DNA of 63,545 nucleotides, filler included, from Octopus bimaculoides (Eukaryota): NCBI RefSeq assembly GCF_001194135.2. It is 10 parts of 10 records of this genome, joined end to end, with 100 filler letters (N's around TTAATTAATTAA, not from the genome) between each part and the next. Parts side by side here need not be neighbours in the genome. Positions count along the whole stretch, not along the records: positions 1 to 10,397 come from NC_068991.1; 9 more parts are not named here. One strand, 5' to 3'. A model generated the notes under the pieces. The model was not told the DNA's origin, made no database searches, and saw nothing but the letters and a program-made list of their open reading frames with translations. Shown here piece after piece: positions 1-10,087 of this stretch. The stretch's first letter is position 1; every line of letters starts with the position of its first letter. The position numbers were made by a program, and so were the translations under genes.

Positions 1-337
1 ACATTGGCAAATCTTTCCTTATCTGCTTCCCCTCTGGCTAAATAAACCTGTCGCCTAGCCTCCCTTCTGGCACATTGGTACAATTCCCTGCTACCCCCGT
101 TCTTCCAGTCCTTCCAAGCCTGTTTCTTTTGTCTAATAGCCCTGTCTACCTCCTTGTTCCACCACCACGTTACTCTGGGTTGGGAGGGGACCTTACACCA
201 CCCACAAATCTGGTCGGTGGCTTTCAACAGGTTGTCCCGCAGAAATCTCCAATTGTCTTCCACGTTGTATGATGCTATATCCCCTTCTATTTCGTTAAAT
301 GCTTCAAGTCCTTCTATTTCGTTAAATGCTTCAAGTC
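1..337 (-). mobile_element. 5'-truncated non-LTR retrotransposon (RTE-like LINE) ORF fragment, endonuclease-RT linker, running off the window start
   Basis: The minus strand reads open: LEAFNEIEGDIASYNVEDNWRFLRDNLLKATDQICGWCKVPSQPRVTWWWNKEVDRAIRQKKQAWKDWKNGGSRELYQCARREARRQVYLARGEADKERFAN. The TWWWN..V..AI..KK..W..W motif is typical of the linker between APE and RT in RTE-type LINEs. A 27-bp tandem duplication (283-336) sits at its 5' junction. Confidence 0.8.
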
Positions 338-634
338 GTTATTTCCGTGTAGACAACATTACGTGTAAGTCTTCTTATATTTTCATTATGACGTCTACTT
401 GTTCCTGATCTGGTAAATTTTTTTCCGATCAGTAAATATTTTAAGATTCACTGGATCCCCAACTCTACTAAGAGCGACATATAACTGGCCATGAGTAAAT
501 ACAGGTGCAGGCATATAGATGCCACACTTAGAAAGACTTTGTCCTTGCCTTTTGTTTATAGACATTGCGAAAGCAGGTCTCACTGGAAATTGGTGTCTTT
601 TCAAAGTAAAGGGCAAATTGGTATCAGATGGTTC
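338..634 (-). mobile_element. Helitron RepHel (PIF1-like helicase) C-terminal fragment, frameshifted
   Basis: [58 protein letters not shown] contains SF1 helicase motifs V/VI. Removing one A from the A7 run at about 418-424 restores the Helitron C-terminal motif TRNVVYTEI. Confidence 0.88.
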
Positions 635-781
635 ATTTTGACGACAAATGCTGTTTCATACATACAAACATTCATATACTTCCTTTTTACACACACACAC
701 GCATCAGCGTTCAGTATTCTCTTACACTTCCATTGTACACACGCACACAATCACATACATTCCTTTTACATATGCATATGT

Positions 782-813
<32 letters not shown>

Positions 814-1890
814 CCTCCCCTTGTCAACTCTACTTCTCTACCTCCCTCTCTCTCTCTCTAACTCTACTATTGTTTTTTTTCTCTCTCTTTATCACCCCTT
901 CCATCGTTATTGATATGTTGTGATGGACTGATGCTTTTCCTCAATATCTCTTTCTTTCATTCTTTCTTTCTTTCACTCTTTCTATTTCGCACACCTTCTC
1001 TTTTCCTCTGTCTAATTACTGATGGCTTCGGACAAACAGACAGACGGACGTGGCTCTTATTATAGTATAAGATTATATAAGATAGTGGTGGAGTTGGCTG
1101 AAATGCTGGTGCTTCATATTAAATGCTTTAGAGTTCCTGAATCTGAATCCTGCCATATCCGACTAGAAGTAATAAAATAAGAAGTCATAATAACTTAGTT
1201 TACTTACTTGCTTAAGCCCTTTGCTTCCTATGAAGCAGAGTCCATCAATAACAATTCTCAACTATTCTCGCTCTGGGTTGTCTTTTCCACTTTTCTCCAG
1301 CTGGATCCCTTATTTCTCAGCTCTGTGCAACTTCCTTTCAGATTTTGCTCTTCTGTGTCATCTGTTTCCTGGCGGAAAGGCTTTCCTCTCCCAGGTTTTG
1401 TTGTTTTTGGATTGTCATCAATGTTTTATAGTTTTTTTTTTTCTTCTAGATAGTGATGTTGGCCTTATGCAAACTGATTTTTACCCCTAAGAAGAAGTGG
1501 TCCATATTAGTCTGGCCTCTATTCTTTGATCTGTCCAGCATGGAAGGCCCTACCAGAAACTTACTTTCTGCTGACATAGCTCTGAAGGTCATTTAGGCAC
1601 ACAAATCATGACATTTCCACAAGGCCTGGACTTTGTGGTAGAGTAGTAATATACTTTCAGTGATATCAATTCAACTAGGAATCTCTGCTAAAATACTAGC
1701 CTTTTTTAGAAAAGTCTTCCAAATTTCTAGTTAAAAGCTTCTTTTCCCAAATTCTTCAAAATAATTTACTGCTGCCTTTATTGTTCTGTCACTTCCTCAA
1801 ACCATTTATTATTGAATCCTTATATTTTATTGATGATATCTTCTAAGGTGATGGAAATGATTCTACACACTTTCTCTCTCTCTGTCTTCT

Positions 1891-1921
<31 letters not shown>

Positions 1922-2208
1922 TCCCTCCCTCCTACCCTCCTGAGTTCTTGCTAGAATAATTTCTATAAAGCCAAATGCAGTATTCATATTTGCTTTCATT
2001 CTCTACTCTTAGATTTCTATGTTCAGCCAACTCTCCTATGTTGTGGTTGCAAAGTGGGGTTGTAAACCACACAACCATGCCTGCACCTGTTTTGTGATAT
2101 TTGCTTATGGTGGTGGTGGTGAGGAGGAGGAGGAAGGTTCAGAACGTGCAAATTTTAATATGAATTAAAGTTATTGTTTTTCAATAATATTATTTTACAA
2201 TGTTAATA

Positions 2209-3315
2209 TTGTGTTGAGTCAAAAGTTTCACAATATTTTGGTAGCTTATTTGCTCTATTTCTCAAGATACAACAAAAGCAGCCTAGCATTCCAAGTGGAG
2301 GCTATTGTGTTGCACCGTCTGGAGCCACCTTTCTGCTAGTTCTTTGATCGTATGTTGATACAAGTTCATGTCCTTTGAGTTGAAGAACTTCTTCACTAAA
2401 GCTTCCTCCTTCTCTTGATTGAAGCATTGCGAGTCTGGGAAGTGAACCATGGATCAGAACAAGTAATAATTCGAGGAGATATTTTTCTTCAATCCTAACA
2501 TTGCATAAGCAATGGTTAAGTAAGGGCCAACTTCTGGAACCTGTTGCCAAACACGGGTGTTTTGAAACACAAGGTGATACTCTGCGTCTAGTGGAATTAT
2601 GATGGGATAATTCACTATGAGTTCGTTCCAGATGGTTGAATCATTGATGCCAACCTGGGTTCTGAACAGCTAGAGTGAATGTATGCCATTGTGTAGCAAA
2701 AATACCTGGCATTGGTTAACAGAAAGCAAGGTGTTCTGTAGCAAGACAACACAAGACCTGAAATAATCTCCAGGAATTGAGGGAATCAAACTGATGCCTT
2801 ACCCAGCATATAGTCTGGACCTAGCTCCCTTGGATTATTACTTGTTTTGATTCGTAGCTCACTTTCTGTGCTCAGGACATTTGATCAACCAAGAGGAGTT
2901 GGAAGTTTCAGTGAAGGAGGTCTTCAGCTTGAAGGACAAAAACTAGTATCAGTATGGGATCAAAGAACTGGCAGAAACGTTAGCACGCCGGGCGAAATGC
3001 TTAGCGGTATTTTGTCTACCGTTACATTCTGAGTTCAAATTCCGCCGAGGTCGACCTGGCCTTTCATCCTTTCGGGGTCGATAAATTAAGTACCAGTTAC
3101 ACACTGGGGTCGATGTAATTGACTTAAGCCCTTTGTCTGTCCTTGTTTGTCCTCTGTATGTTTAGCCCCTTGTAGGCAATAAAGAAATAAGAAAGGTGAC
3201 TTTAGACTGTACAACACAATGGTCTCTGCTTTGAATGTTAGGATGCTTTTGTTGTAACTTGATGAATAAAGCAAATATCTCACCAAAATATTGCAAAACT
3301 TTTGACTCAACACAA
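2209..3315 (+). mobile_element. Degenerate mariner (DD34D-type) element with 3'-3' inverted ends, TA-flanked, interrupted by a SINE
   Basis: TA|TTGTGTTGAGTCAAAAGTTT at 2207-2228 and AAACTTTTGACTCAACACAA|TA ending at 3317. A decayed transposase lies at about 2480-2975 (VILCV*WNYDGIIHYEF, QDNTRP, PYPAYSLDLAPLDYYLF). 2209-2468 is an inverted copy of the 3' part. Confidence 0.8.
2968..3194 (+). mobile_element. tRNA-derived SINE, family A (5'-truncated), inserted in the mariner
   Basis: CTGGCAGAAACGTTAGCACGCCGGGCGAAATGCTTAGCGG...GAGTTCAAATTCCGCCGAGGTCGAC, with a B-box-like GTTCAAATTCC. A near-identical copy lies on - at 43399-43624. Confidence 0.8.
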
Positions 3316-3382
3316 TAAAAGAGTGTTTTACTCTTTACATTCCTAAACATGAATTTTTTTTTTTTTCTTTTTTTGCTTTCAG

Positions 3383-3556
3383 AAAAGTGGCGATGAAGTA
3401 GAATTTGTAGTGTGCAGAAAAAGTCGTCCACAAACTCCTGATCTTATTCGTTCAACAGGCAATGAATTTTCTCTGAAAAATACATCATCTGATAATGATA
3501 CTTGCAAGTTAACACCTTGTAGAAAATTCCTTGAGAGGGAACTTACAATCCAAAAG
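3383..3556 (+). CDS. LNX: LNX-family multi-PDZ E3 ligase, internal exon (end of PDZ2, linker, start of PDZ3)
   Basis: Polypyrimidine tract then tttcag|AAA and AAG|gttagt; 174 nt, phase 0/0. Encodes KSGDEVEFVVCRKSRPQTPDLIRSTGNEFSLKNTSSDNDTCKLTPCRKFLERELTIQK and joins in frame to DPSESLG (compare vertebrate LNX1 ..NIQKDPGESLG, from recall). Confidence 0.85.
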
Positions 3557-3707
3557 GTTAGTGACAATAAAAAAATTCTTTTTGCAATACAGTTTTTGTG
3601 AGACTTTGAACAACAGCTTGACTATCATATAAATTTATGAAAATTCTACAAAAATTTTATTTATTATAAGTTTTGTGAGGCAAAATATAGAAAAAAATTG
3701 GAAGAAA

Positions 3708-4102
3708 GGCACAGGCATGGGCGTGTGGTAAGAAGTTTGCTTCCCAACCACATAGTTCTAGGTTCAGTTACATTCTATGGCACCTTGGGCATGTACCTTC
3801 TATCATAGCCTTGAGCCAACCAAAGGCTTGTGAGTTGATTTCGTAGATGGAAACTGAAAGAAGCCCATTGTATGTGTGTGTATATGTATATATATATGTG
3901 TGTGTATGTGTGTGTGTTTGCCCCACACCACTGCTTGATAACTGGTGTTGGTTTGTTTATGTCACTGTAACTTAGTGGTTCTGCAAAGGAGACCGATAAA
4001 AGAAGTACTAGTGTAAATTCGTTTGACTAAAAATTCTTCAATGTGGTGCCCTAGCCTGGTTGGAGTCTGATGACTAAAACAAAACAAGTACAAGATAAAA
4101 GG
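3708..4102 (+). mobile_element. tRNA-derived SINE, family B (full-length, internal (TG/TA)n)
   Basis: GGCACAGGCATGGGCGTGTGGTAAGAAG...GGTTCAG head and GGAAACTGAAAGAAGCCC body. Related copies at about 5470-5620, 8690-8822, 10498-10700, 15476-15775, 36380-36670 and 47790-48000. Confidence 0.75.
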
Positions 4103-4354
4103 AATAGCTGTGTTAATAGCAAGCCTTATCAGTTAACTATAGGCCTTATTTATATTTTGCCTCAATGAAGCTGCCTGATAAGAAGTCTTCTTTTGTCCTT
4201 TTACTACCATAATTCTAATGAAATACTCTGTCTCTGTGATTCAGTTAATTTTATTTTTAAATAAAGCATTTGGAGGGTGGGTGGTTTAATGTTGGTTTCA
4301 TTCAAGGTGATTTATAAGCAAAACAATTATATTTATCTTTCATTTCCTTCTTAG

Positions 4355-4477
4355 GATCCATCTGAAAGTTTAGGAATTAGTGTGTCTGGAGGCGTTAATA
4401 GTCCTCAAGGTGATACTCCGATATATGTCACTAATATCAAACTTACAGGCTGTTTGGGACGTACAAAACAAGTGAAG
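4355..4477 (+). CDS. LNX: LNX exon, PDZ3 N-terminal half
   Basis: ttcttag|GAT and AAG|gtatgc; 123 nt, phase 0/0. Encodes DPSESLGISVSGGVNSPQGDTPIYVTNIKLTGCLGRTKQVK, with the PDZ carboxylate loop SLGI and the GD.PIYV motif. Confidence 0.93.
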
Positions 4478-4555
4478 GTATGCATGCTTTTATTTCAACA
4501 TTCTCTCTAATTTTGCATTATGCTACACCCATACATACAGGCATGTCCTTTAAAG

Positions 4556-4830
4556 GCCGTACCCCCTGCACTACCTCTCTCAGCTGAGAGGTCCCTGTCT
4601 TGCGGGTTTGTGAGTGCTGGTGCCATGTAAAAAGCACCCATGCAGATGCCACATAGAAACACCTGTGCTGGTGCCATGTAAAATACACCCAGTACACTCT
4701 GTAAAGTGTTGTGAAGGAAATCCAGTTGTAGAAACCATGCCAAAACGGACAGTGGAACCTGTTGTGGCTCCTGGCCTTACTAGCTCTTGTCAAACCATCC
4801 GTTGGTAAATGATGATAATGATAATGATTT
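4556..4830 (+). mobile_element. Interspersed repeat family C (SINE-like, CACCCAGTACACTCTGTAAAG..AGAAACCATGCCAAAA core, (GAT)n tail)
   Basis: The same core recurs at about 6890-7230(-), 8850-9215(-), 12430-12640(+) and 14280-14460(+). This copy has an internal GTGCTGGTGCCATGTAAAA duplication. Confidence 0.65.
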
Positions 4831-5198
4831 CTTTGATTACTAAATAATGTTGAGGATTTCTCATAATGACACATTACACCTCTAAGATTAGGATTGAATT
4901 AATCTCACTATAATGACTTGCTTTGTTGACAAAATGTCAACTCAGTATAATGAGATCCATAACTAATTAAATTCAGGGTATTTGTCCTGGTACTGCTTCT
5001 GATTACTCCCTACTATTCTTATAACATAAAGGAATCTGTGGCAACAGGCTATGTTATGGAGGATGTCAATGACAACAATAATAATTACGCTGAGTACAAG
5101 GGCAGTGAGCTGCTGAAAATTCTCAGCTATATTCTAAGAAAGAAAGTATTCTTGTAGGAATTTAAGCTTATGTTATTTTGTTGATTTTTTTTTTTCAG

Positions 5199-5389
5199 AA
5201 AGGTGATGTGCTGTTATCTATAAACTCTGTTAGTCTGCTTGGTTTAAGTCACAATGAGGCTGTGAAACAACTAAAACTCAATACTGAATCAAAAACTATT
5301 ACTCTAAAGGTGCTTGATGGTCCTGAAGTTTCTCAGAATTCACCTGGTAATTTTACTCCTTCTTGGTTATACTGGCTTCAGTTACCAAG
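5199..5389 (+). CDS. LNX: LNX exon, PDZ3 C-terminal half plus linker
   Basis: tttttcag|AAA and CCAAG|gtaagt; 191 nt, phase 0/2. Encodes KGDVLLSINSVSLLGLSHNEAVKQLKLNTESKTITLKVLDGPEVSQNSPGNFTPSWLYWLQLP(R). PSW..WL.LPR is the LNX-diagnostic linker. Confidence 0.95.
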
Positions 5390-5615
5390 GTAAGTTATTC
5401 TGAATGTTTAACTTTGCTTTGGTTTCACTTAATTTGTTGCATGCATTAACTTTGTCATTAAATTTAGATAGGCTCAGGCATGGTTATGTTGTAAGAAGTT
5501 TGCTTCTCAACCACATGGTTTGGGGTTCAGATCCACTGCATGGCACCCTGATAAAGCCTTGCGTCACCCAAAGCTTTGTGAGTGGATTTAGTGGGCAGAA
5601 ACTGAAAGAGACCTG

Positions 5616-5659
<44 letters not shown>

Positions 5660-6004
5660 GATACAAAATTGGACAAGAACGCAAAACATCCACACAGTTG
5701 GGTGATATAAGAAAGGGACAACAAAACATCCAAATAGGCAATACAAAGAAAATAATGACAGGTCATTCGGAGTTTTCTTTCCTCAGTCAAGATCCAGATT
5801 ATCTTTGCAATTTCGATATATATATATATATATCAGAAGTTGAAAATGCACTAGGATTTGTTTAGATTTTTTATTATAATATTTTTAAAGACTTAACTGG
5901 TTTCATAGATTACTCTGATTTTCAGAAGTTGATATAGAAAGACATGGAGTTATGCACAATATTTACAATAGACAGATCAGGGTTGTCACCTTCTTTGTTG
6001 TTAC

Positions 6005-6046
6005 CACATTGTTTCGGCTGATGTACTCTCCAGCCTTCAACAGGTG
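6005..6046 (-). ncRNA. Minimal type I hammerhead ribozyme motif (CUGUUGA variant, helix III mutated)
   Basis: Reverse complement: CAC-CTGTTGA-A-GGCTG-gagagtacat-CAGCC-GAAA-CA-AT-GTG. Confidence 0.55.
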
Positions 6047-6322
6047 TTCTGGTGGAATTTCGAACCCAACCCTTTATTTGACAAATGGAGTACTGTGGGA
6101 TTGAACTTAGGTTTATAAGCCCACTCTATAATTGCACACAGGCATATAGTATAATGGATAAAAGCGCGGGCTACTAACCTTTGGATCCTGAGTTCAATCC
6201 CAGGCAGGGGCTTGGGAAATATCAACAGAAAAAATAACATCAGCAAAAAAGGACTACTTTAGGAATGAGAACAGAGTACACCATTAGTCAAATAAAAGGT
6301 TGGGTTCGAAATTCCAATAGAG

Positions 6323-6364
6323 CACCTGATGAAGGCTGGGGAGTACATCAGCCAAAACGTTGTG
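6323..6364 (+). ncRNA. Minimal type I hammerhead ribozyme motif (G12>A variant)
   Basis: CAC-CTGATGA-A-GGCTG-gggagtacat-CAGCC-AAAA-CG-TT-GTG: stem I CAC/GTG, 5-bp stem II, palindromic ACGT helix III. The mirror copy at 6005-6046(-) retains GAAA. Confidence 0.65.
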
Positions 6365-6549
6365 GTAACAACAAACAAGGTGAGGACACCTATTTGTCCA
6401 TTGTAAATAATGTACATAATTCCTCATCTCAAAAATATAGAATAGTATGGAGCAATGCTGCAACTACCTTGCTTCTCATTGGGATTCTCATTGACAGTTT
6501 TTTCCCCTCCATGTCTATGTTTCTTTCAGTTCTAATGTTTTTATTTCAG

Positions 6550-6634
6550 GATTTGTCAAACTGTGAAATCCATATCCTTGTTACGTGGTCCAAATGGCAG
6601 CCTTGGTTTTGCAATTGTTGGTGGCCGTGACAGT
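6550..6634 (+). CDS. LNX: LNX exon, PDZ4 N-terminal half (3' end lost in the N gap 6635-6889)
   Basis: ttatttcag|G, phase 2, completes Arg. Encodes ICQTVKSISLLRGPNGSLGFAIVGGRDS (GSLGF loop), then runs into the gap. Confidence 0.9.
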
Positions 6635-7427
6635 NNNNNNNNNNNNNNNNNNNNNNNNNNNNNNNNNNNNNNNNNNNNNNNNNNNNNNNNNNNNNNNNNN
6701 NNNNNNNNNNNNNNNNNNNNNNNNNNNNNNNNNNNNNNNNNNNNNNNNNNNNNNNNNNNNNNNNNNNNNNNNNNNNNNNNNNNNNNNNNNNNNNNNNNNN
6801 NNNNNNNNNNNNNNNNNNNNNNNNNNNNNNNNNNNNNNNNNNNNNNNNNNNNNNNNNNNNNNNNNNNNNNNNNNNNNNNNNNNNNNNNNTACAGCTGGAT
6901 GCCCTTCCTAACGCCAACCACTCAGAGAGTGTAGTGGGTGCTTTTACGTGTCACCCGCACGAAAACGGCCACGCTCGAAATGGTGTCTTTTATGTGCCAC
7001 CCGCACAAGCCAGTCCAGGGGCACTGGCAACGATCTCGCTCGAAAATCCTACAGGAGCCAGTCAGGCGGTACTGGCAACGGCCACGCTCAAAATGGTGCA
7101 TCTCATGTGCCACCCGCACAAGAACCAGTCCAGGGGCACTGGCAACGATCTTACTTGGCTTGCCGGGTCTTCTCACGCACAGCCCATTTCCAAAGGTCTC
7201 GGTCCGTAGTCATCGCCTCGGTGAGCATACATTTGGTTATTCTGAAGAATTATAATTCTTTTAATTTGCACTATTTTTAAGCACTAGATAAACTTCATCT
7301 ATATATTACAAACATTCTTGATCACCACCATCAGTTTAAAGCTTATTGTCACTGCTAAACTGTTCTTTATTTTATAGAATAGTTATAAGGCTTACATAAG
7401 TACACGCATCTGTTTGTTCAGTTAAAC

Positions 7428-7915
7428 CAATGGTTCCCAACCATTTTCTTTTTCCTATGAACTGTTTTGATTCCTATTTTACTTAATCACCCCCACCAGC
7501 CATTTGATGGTTAAAGGAAATCCTACTTTTAGAATTAAATATTATTATGAATTGTAAGGTGGTGAGCTGGCAGAATTGTTAGCATGTTCGGCAAAACATT
7601 TAGTGACATTTCGTCCATCTTTATGTTCTGAGTTTGAATTCCACCAAGGTCGACTTGATGTTTCATCCTTTTGGGATTGATATAAGTACTGTTTGAGCAT
7701 TGGGGTGGTGTAATCAACTTAGTCCCTCCCCTGAAATTAATGGCTTTGTGCCAAAATTTGATACCAATATTATTAGGAATTGTATAAAAAATTTGTTAAA
7801 ATAATATTTTGTGTATTGTAGAAGTATAACTGATTTTATTGCACATAAATTTTAACAGCAAAATCTTATATGGATCTCCCAAGGGCCATATAAACTCCTG
7901 TGTTGTGAACCACTG
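7428..7915. mobile_element. hAT-like MITE with a nested family A SINE (about 7559-7770)
   Basis: Imperfect TIRs CAATGGTTCCCAAC / GTTGTGAACCACTG; flanking 8-mers AGTTAAAC and AACTAAAC match 6/8. Confidence 0.55.
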
Positions 7916-8005
7916 AACTAAACCCTTCAAAGTGGTGTTCCAGCATGGCTGCAGTCATATGACTAAGAGGTGAAAGATAAAAGATATATGTGGGTTACTC
8001 TAGAG

Positions 8006-8279
8006 CAGAGGTTTTCAAACTGTGGTCTGCGGACCACAGGGGTCCGTGGACAGCAAATACTTTTTATGGGCAATTTGATTTTATCTATGTTTTTTAATCG
8101 AAATCTTTTAATTGACAATGAACCTATTTGTTAAATACTGTTAAATAAATATATGTAAAAATATATGTTATTTTAAGCAAATATTTATGTATAAATTTCA
8201 TAAGCGTTTATAAGGGGGTCCCTAAGGTAAAGCCTGAAATATAAAGGGGTCCGCAAGTCAAAAAGTTTGAAAACCCCTG
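8006..8279. mobile_element. hAT (Charlie-type) MITE, 274 bp
   Basis: 16-bp TIRs CAGAGGTTTTCAAACT / AGTTTGAAAACCCCTG (1 mismatch). Perfect 8-bp TSD CTCTAGAG at 7998-8005 and 8280-8287, matching the NTCTAGAN target typical of Charlie elements. Confidence 0.93.
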
Positions 8280-9364
8280 CTCTAGAGTATGGTGTGCCCA
8301 ACTCAAAGAAAGGAAACAAAAATATTCATCATAATCATCATTTTAACATCCACTTTTCTGTACTTGCATTGTGACTAGCAATGTATAACAACATCTGATA
8401 GTCTGGTCGATCACATGGTCATGTGATTATATATATATATATAAAAGCATACTTCTTACAGTTTCTATCTATGGATTTTTCTATAGCCAGATGCCCTTCT
8501 TGTTGCTGACCCTCACCTGTTTCCAAATAAAGTAATATTTCTTCATGACCACTTGTTTTCATGGAAGATTGCAAAGAAAGGACACTGCTTGCATGGTGAC
8601 ACTTGTTTACAATTATCATGTAATGTCAAGGCAATGACTCATGCATATATATATATATACATGATTGGCTTCTTTCAGTCTCTTTTTCCAAAATCTAATC
8701 AAAAGGCTTTGGTTAACCCAAATCTATTGTAGAAGAGACTTGCCCATGATGCCATGCAGTTGGAACTGAACCTGAAGCCATGTGGTTGGGAAGCATACGT
8801 CTTAACTACCAGCCATGCCTGCCACCTAATAAACTAATCATCATCACCATCATTTAATGTCTGTCTTCGATGCTGGTATGGGTGGGATGGTGTGACTAGA
8901 ACTGGCAAGGCCAGGGGTCACACTAGGCTTCATTGTCTGTTCTGGCTTGGTTTCTACAGCTGGATGCTCTTTCTAAAGGCAACCATTCCTCAGAGTGTAC
9001 CGGGTGCTTTTTATGTGGAACCAGCACAAGTCCTTTTAACATGGCACCAGCACTGGTATTTATTCTTCTGTGGCAGACAGGTCTTCTTGAGTAAAGCAAG
9101 GCACCGGTCACTTTGGTCCTTTGTCATCTCCTAAAGGGTCACTGTCTTGAGACTGATTTTCAGTACTTTGTCCCATGTCTTCCTGGGTCTCCCTCTTCCA
9201 CAGATCCCATCCACTTTAAGTGATTGGTAATATGAAAAGTTAACTAAAATGAAGCCATAGGAAATGAGTTTCATATAATGCAAGGAACAACTGTTTAATA
9301 GAAACTTGTGAACTAATTATGACACAAAGATGACCTGAACACTTTGTTTTGTATTTTATTTTAG

Positions 9365-9500
9365 ATGTGGAGACATGCTTCTGTCAGTGAATGACCAAAC
9401 TCTAAAACATGTAACCCATTCTGATGCTGTTACTTTTCTGAAGAACGCCACAGGTTATGTCACACTGGCTGTCGTATCATGGCCAGGCACTTTTGTTTGA
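9365..9500 (+). CDS. LNX: LNX terminal coding exon, PDZ4 C-terminal half and stop
   Basis: tattttag|A, phase 2. Encodes CGDMLLSVNDQTLKHVTHSDAVTFLKNATGYVTLAVVSWPGTFV-TGA(9498-9500). Vertebrate LNX1 ends ...TIVSWPGTFL (recalled). Confidence 0.95.
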
Positions 9501-10087
9501 CATTGGTATTTATAATCTGTACATCACTGTTTGTGTGTGTTTGTATATATATGTGAGTGTATGAGTATATATGTGTGTGTATGTGTGTATATATATGTGT
9601 GTGTGTATGTGTGTTGCAAATGTCTGCCATGTCATTGATAAAAAAATAAAAAATATAGAAAAAGACACTTTTGCCATCCTTCAAGAAGAAAAAAATGTCC
9701 CAGTCGAGGTTTAAGTATTTTTAATTCTTTATTTATCCTTGAACATTATCAGGAGCTTCATGTTACATTAGAAAATGAATAATTAACGAGCTTCACTAAA
9801 GGTTTTACATATTTATCCTCCATCTAGAACAGGCCTTTTTTTTTTTCTTTGCCATGCATTAACAAATAAATATATGAAAGCATACTTATATATCAACACA
9901 AACATACAGAAAAGGGCAATAATTTTAAATAAGATGACCTGTCCAATCCATGCCAGCATGGAAAGAGGGCACAAAACTGACGACGACAAAAGCTAAAAAA
10001 CAATGCAAAGCACATTGTGACTAGCAATGTATAACAGCATCTCATAGTCTGGTCTATCACATGGTCATGTGATTATATATATATATA

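Larger units (their letters stand above)
5971..6398. mobile_element. Foldback retroelement-like unit: about 124-bp inverted arms, each with a hammerhead motif, around a tRNA-like Pol III head
   Basis: Arms 5971-6094 and 6275-6398 are reverse complements (roughly 85% by eye). A-box TAGTATAATGG at 6147-6157 and B-box GTTCAATCC at 6192-6200. Confidence 0.75.

Noticed and set aside
6141-6205. Functional tRNA gene
   Set aside because: A/B boxes are present but the T-arm and anticodon arm do not pair properly; treated as a SINE/retrozyme head.
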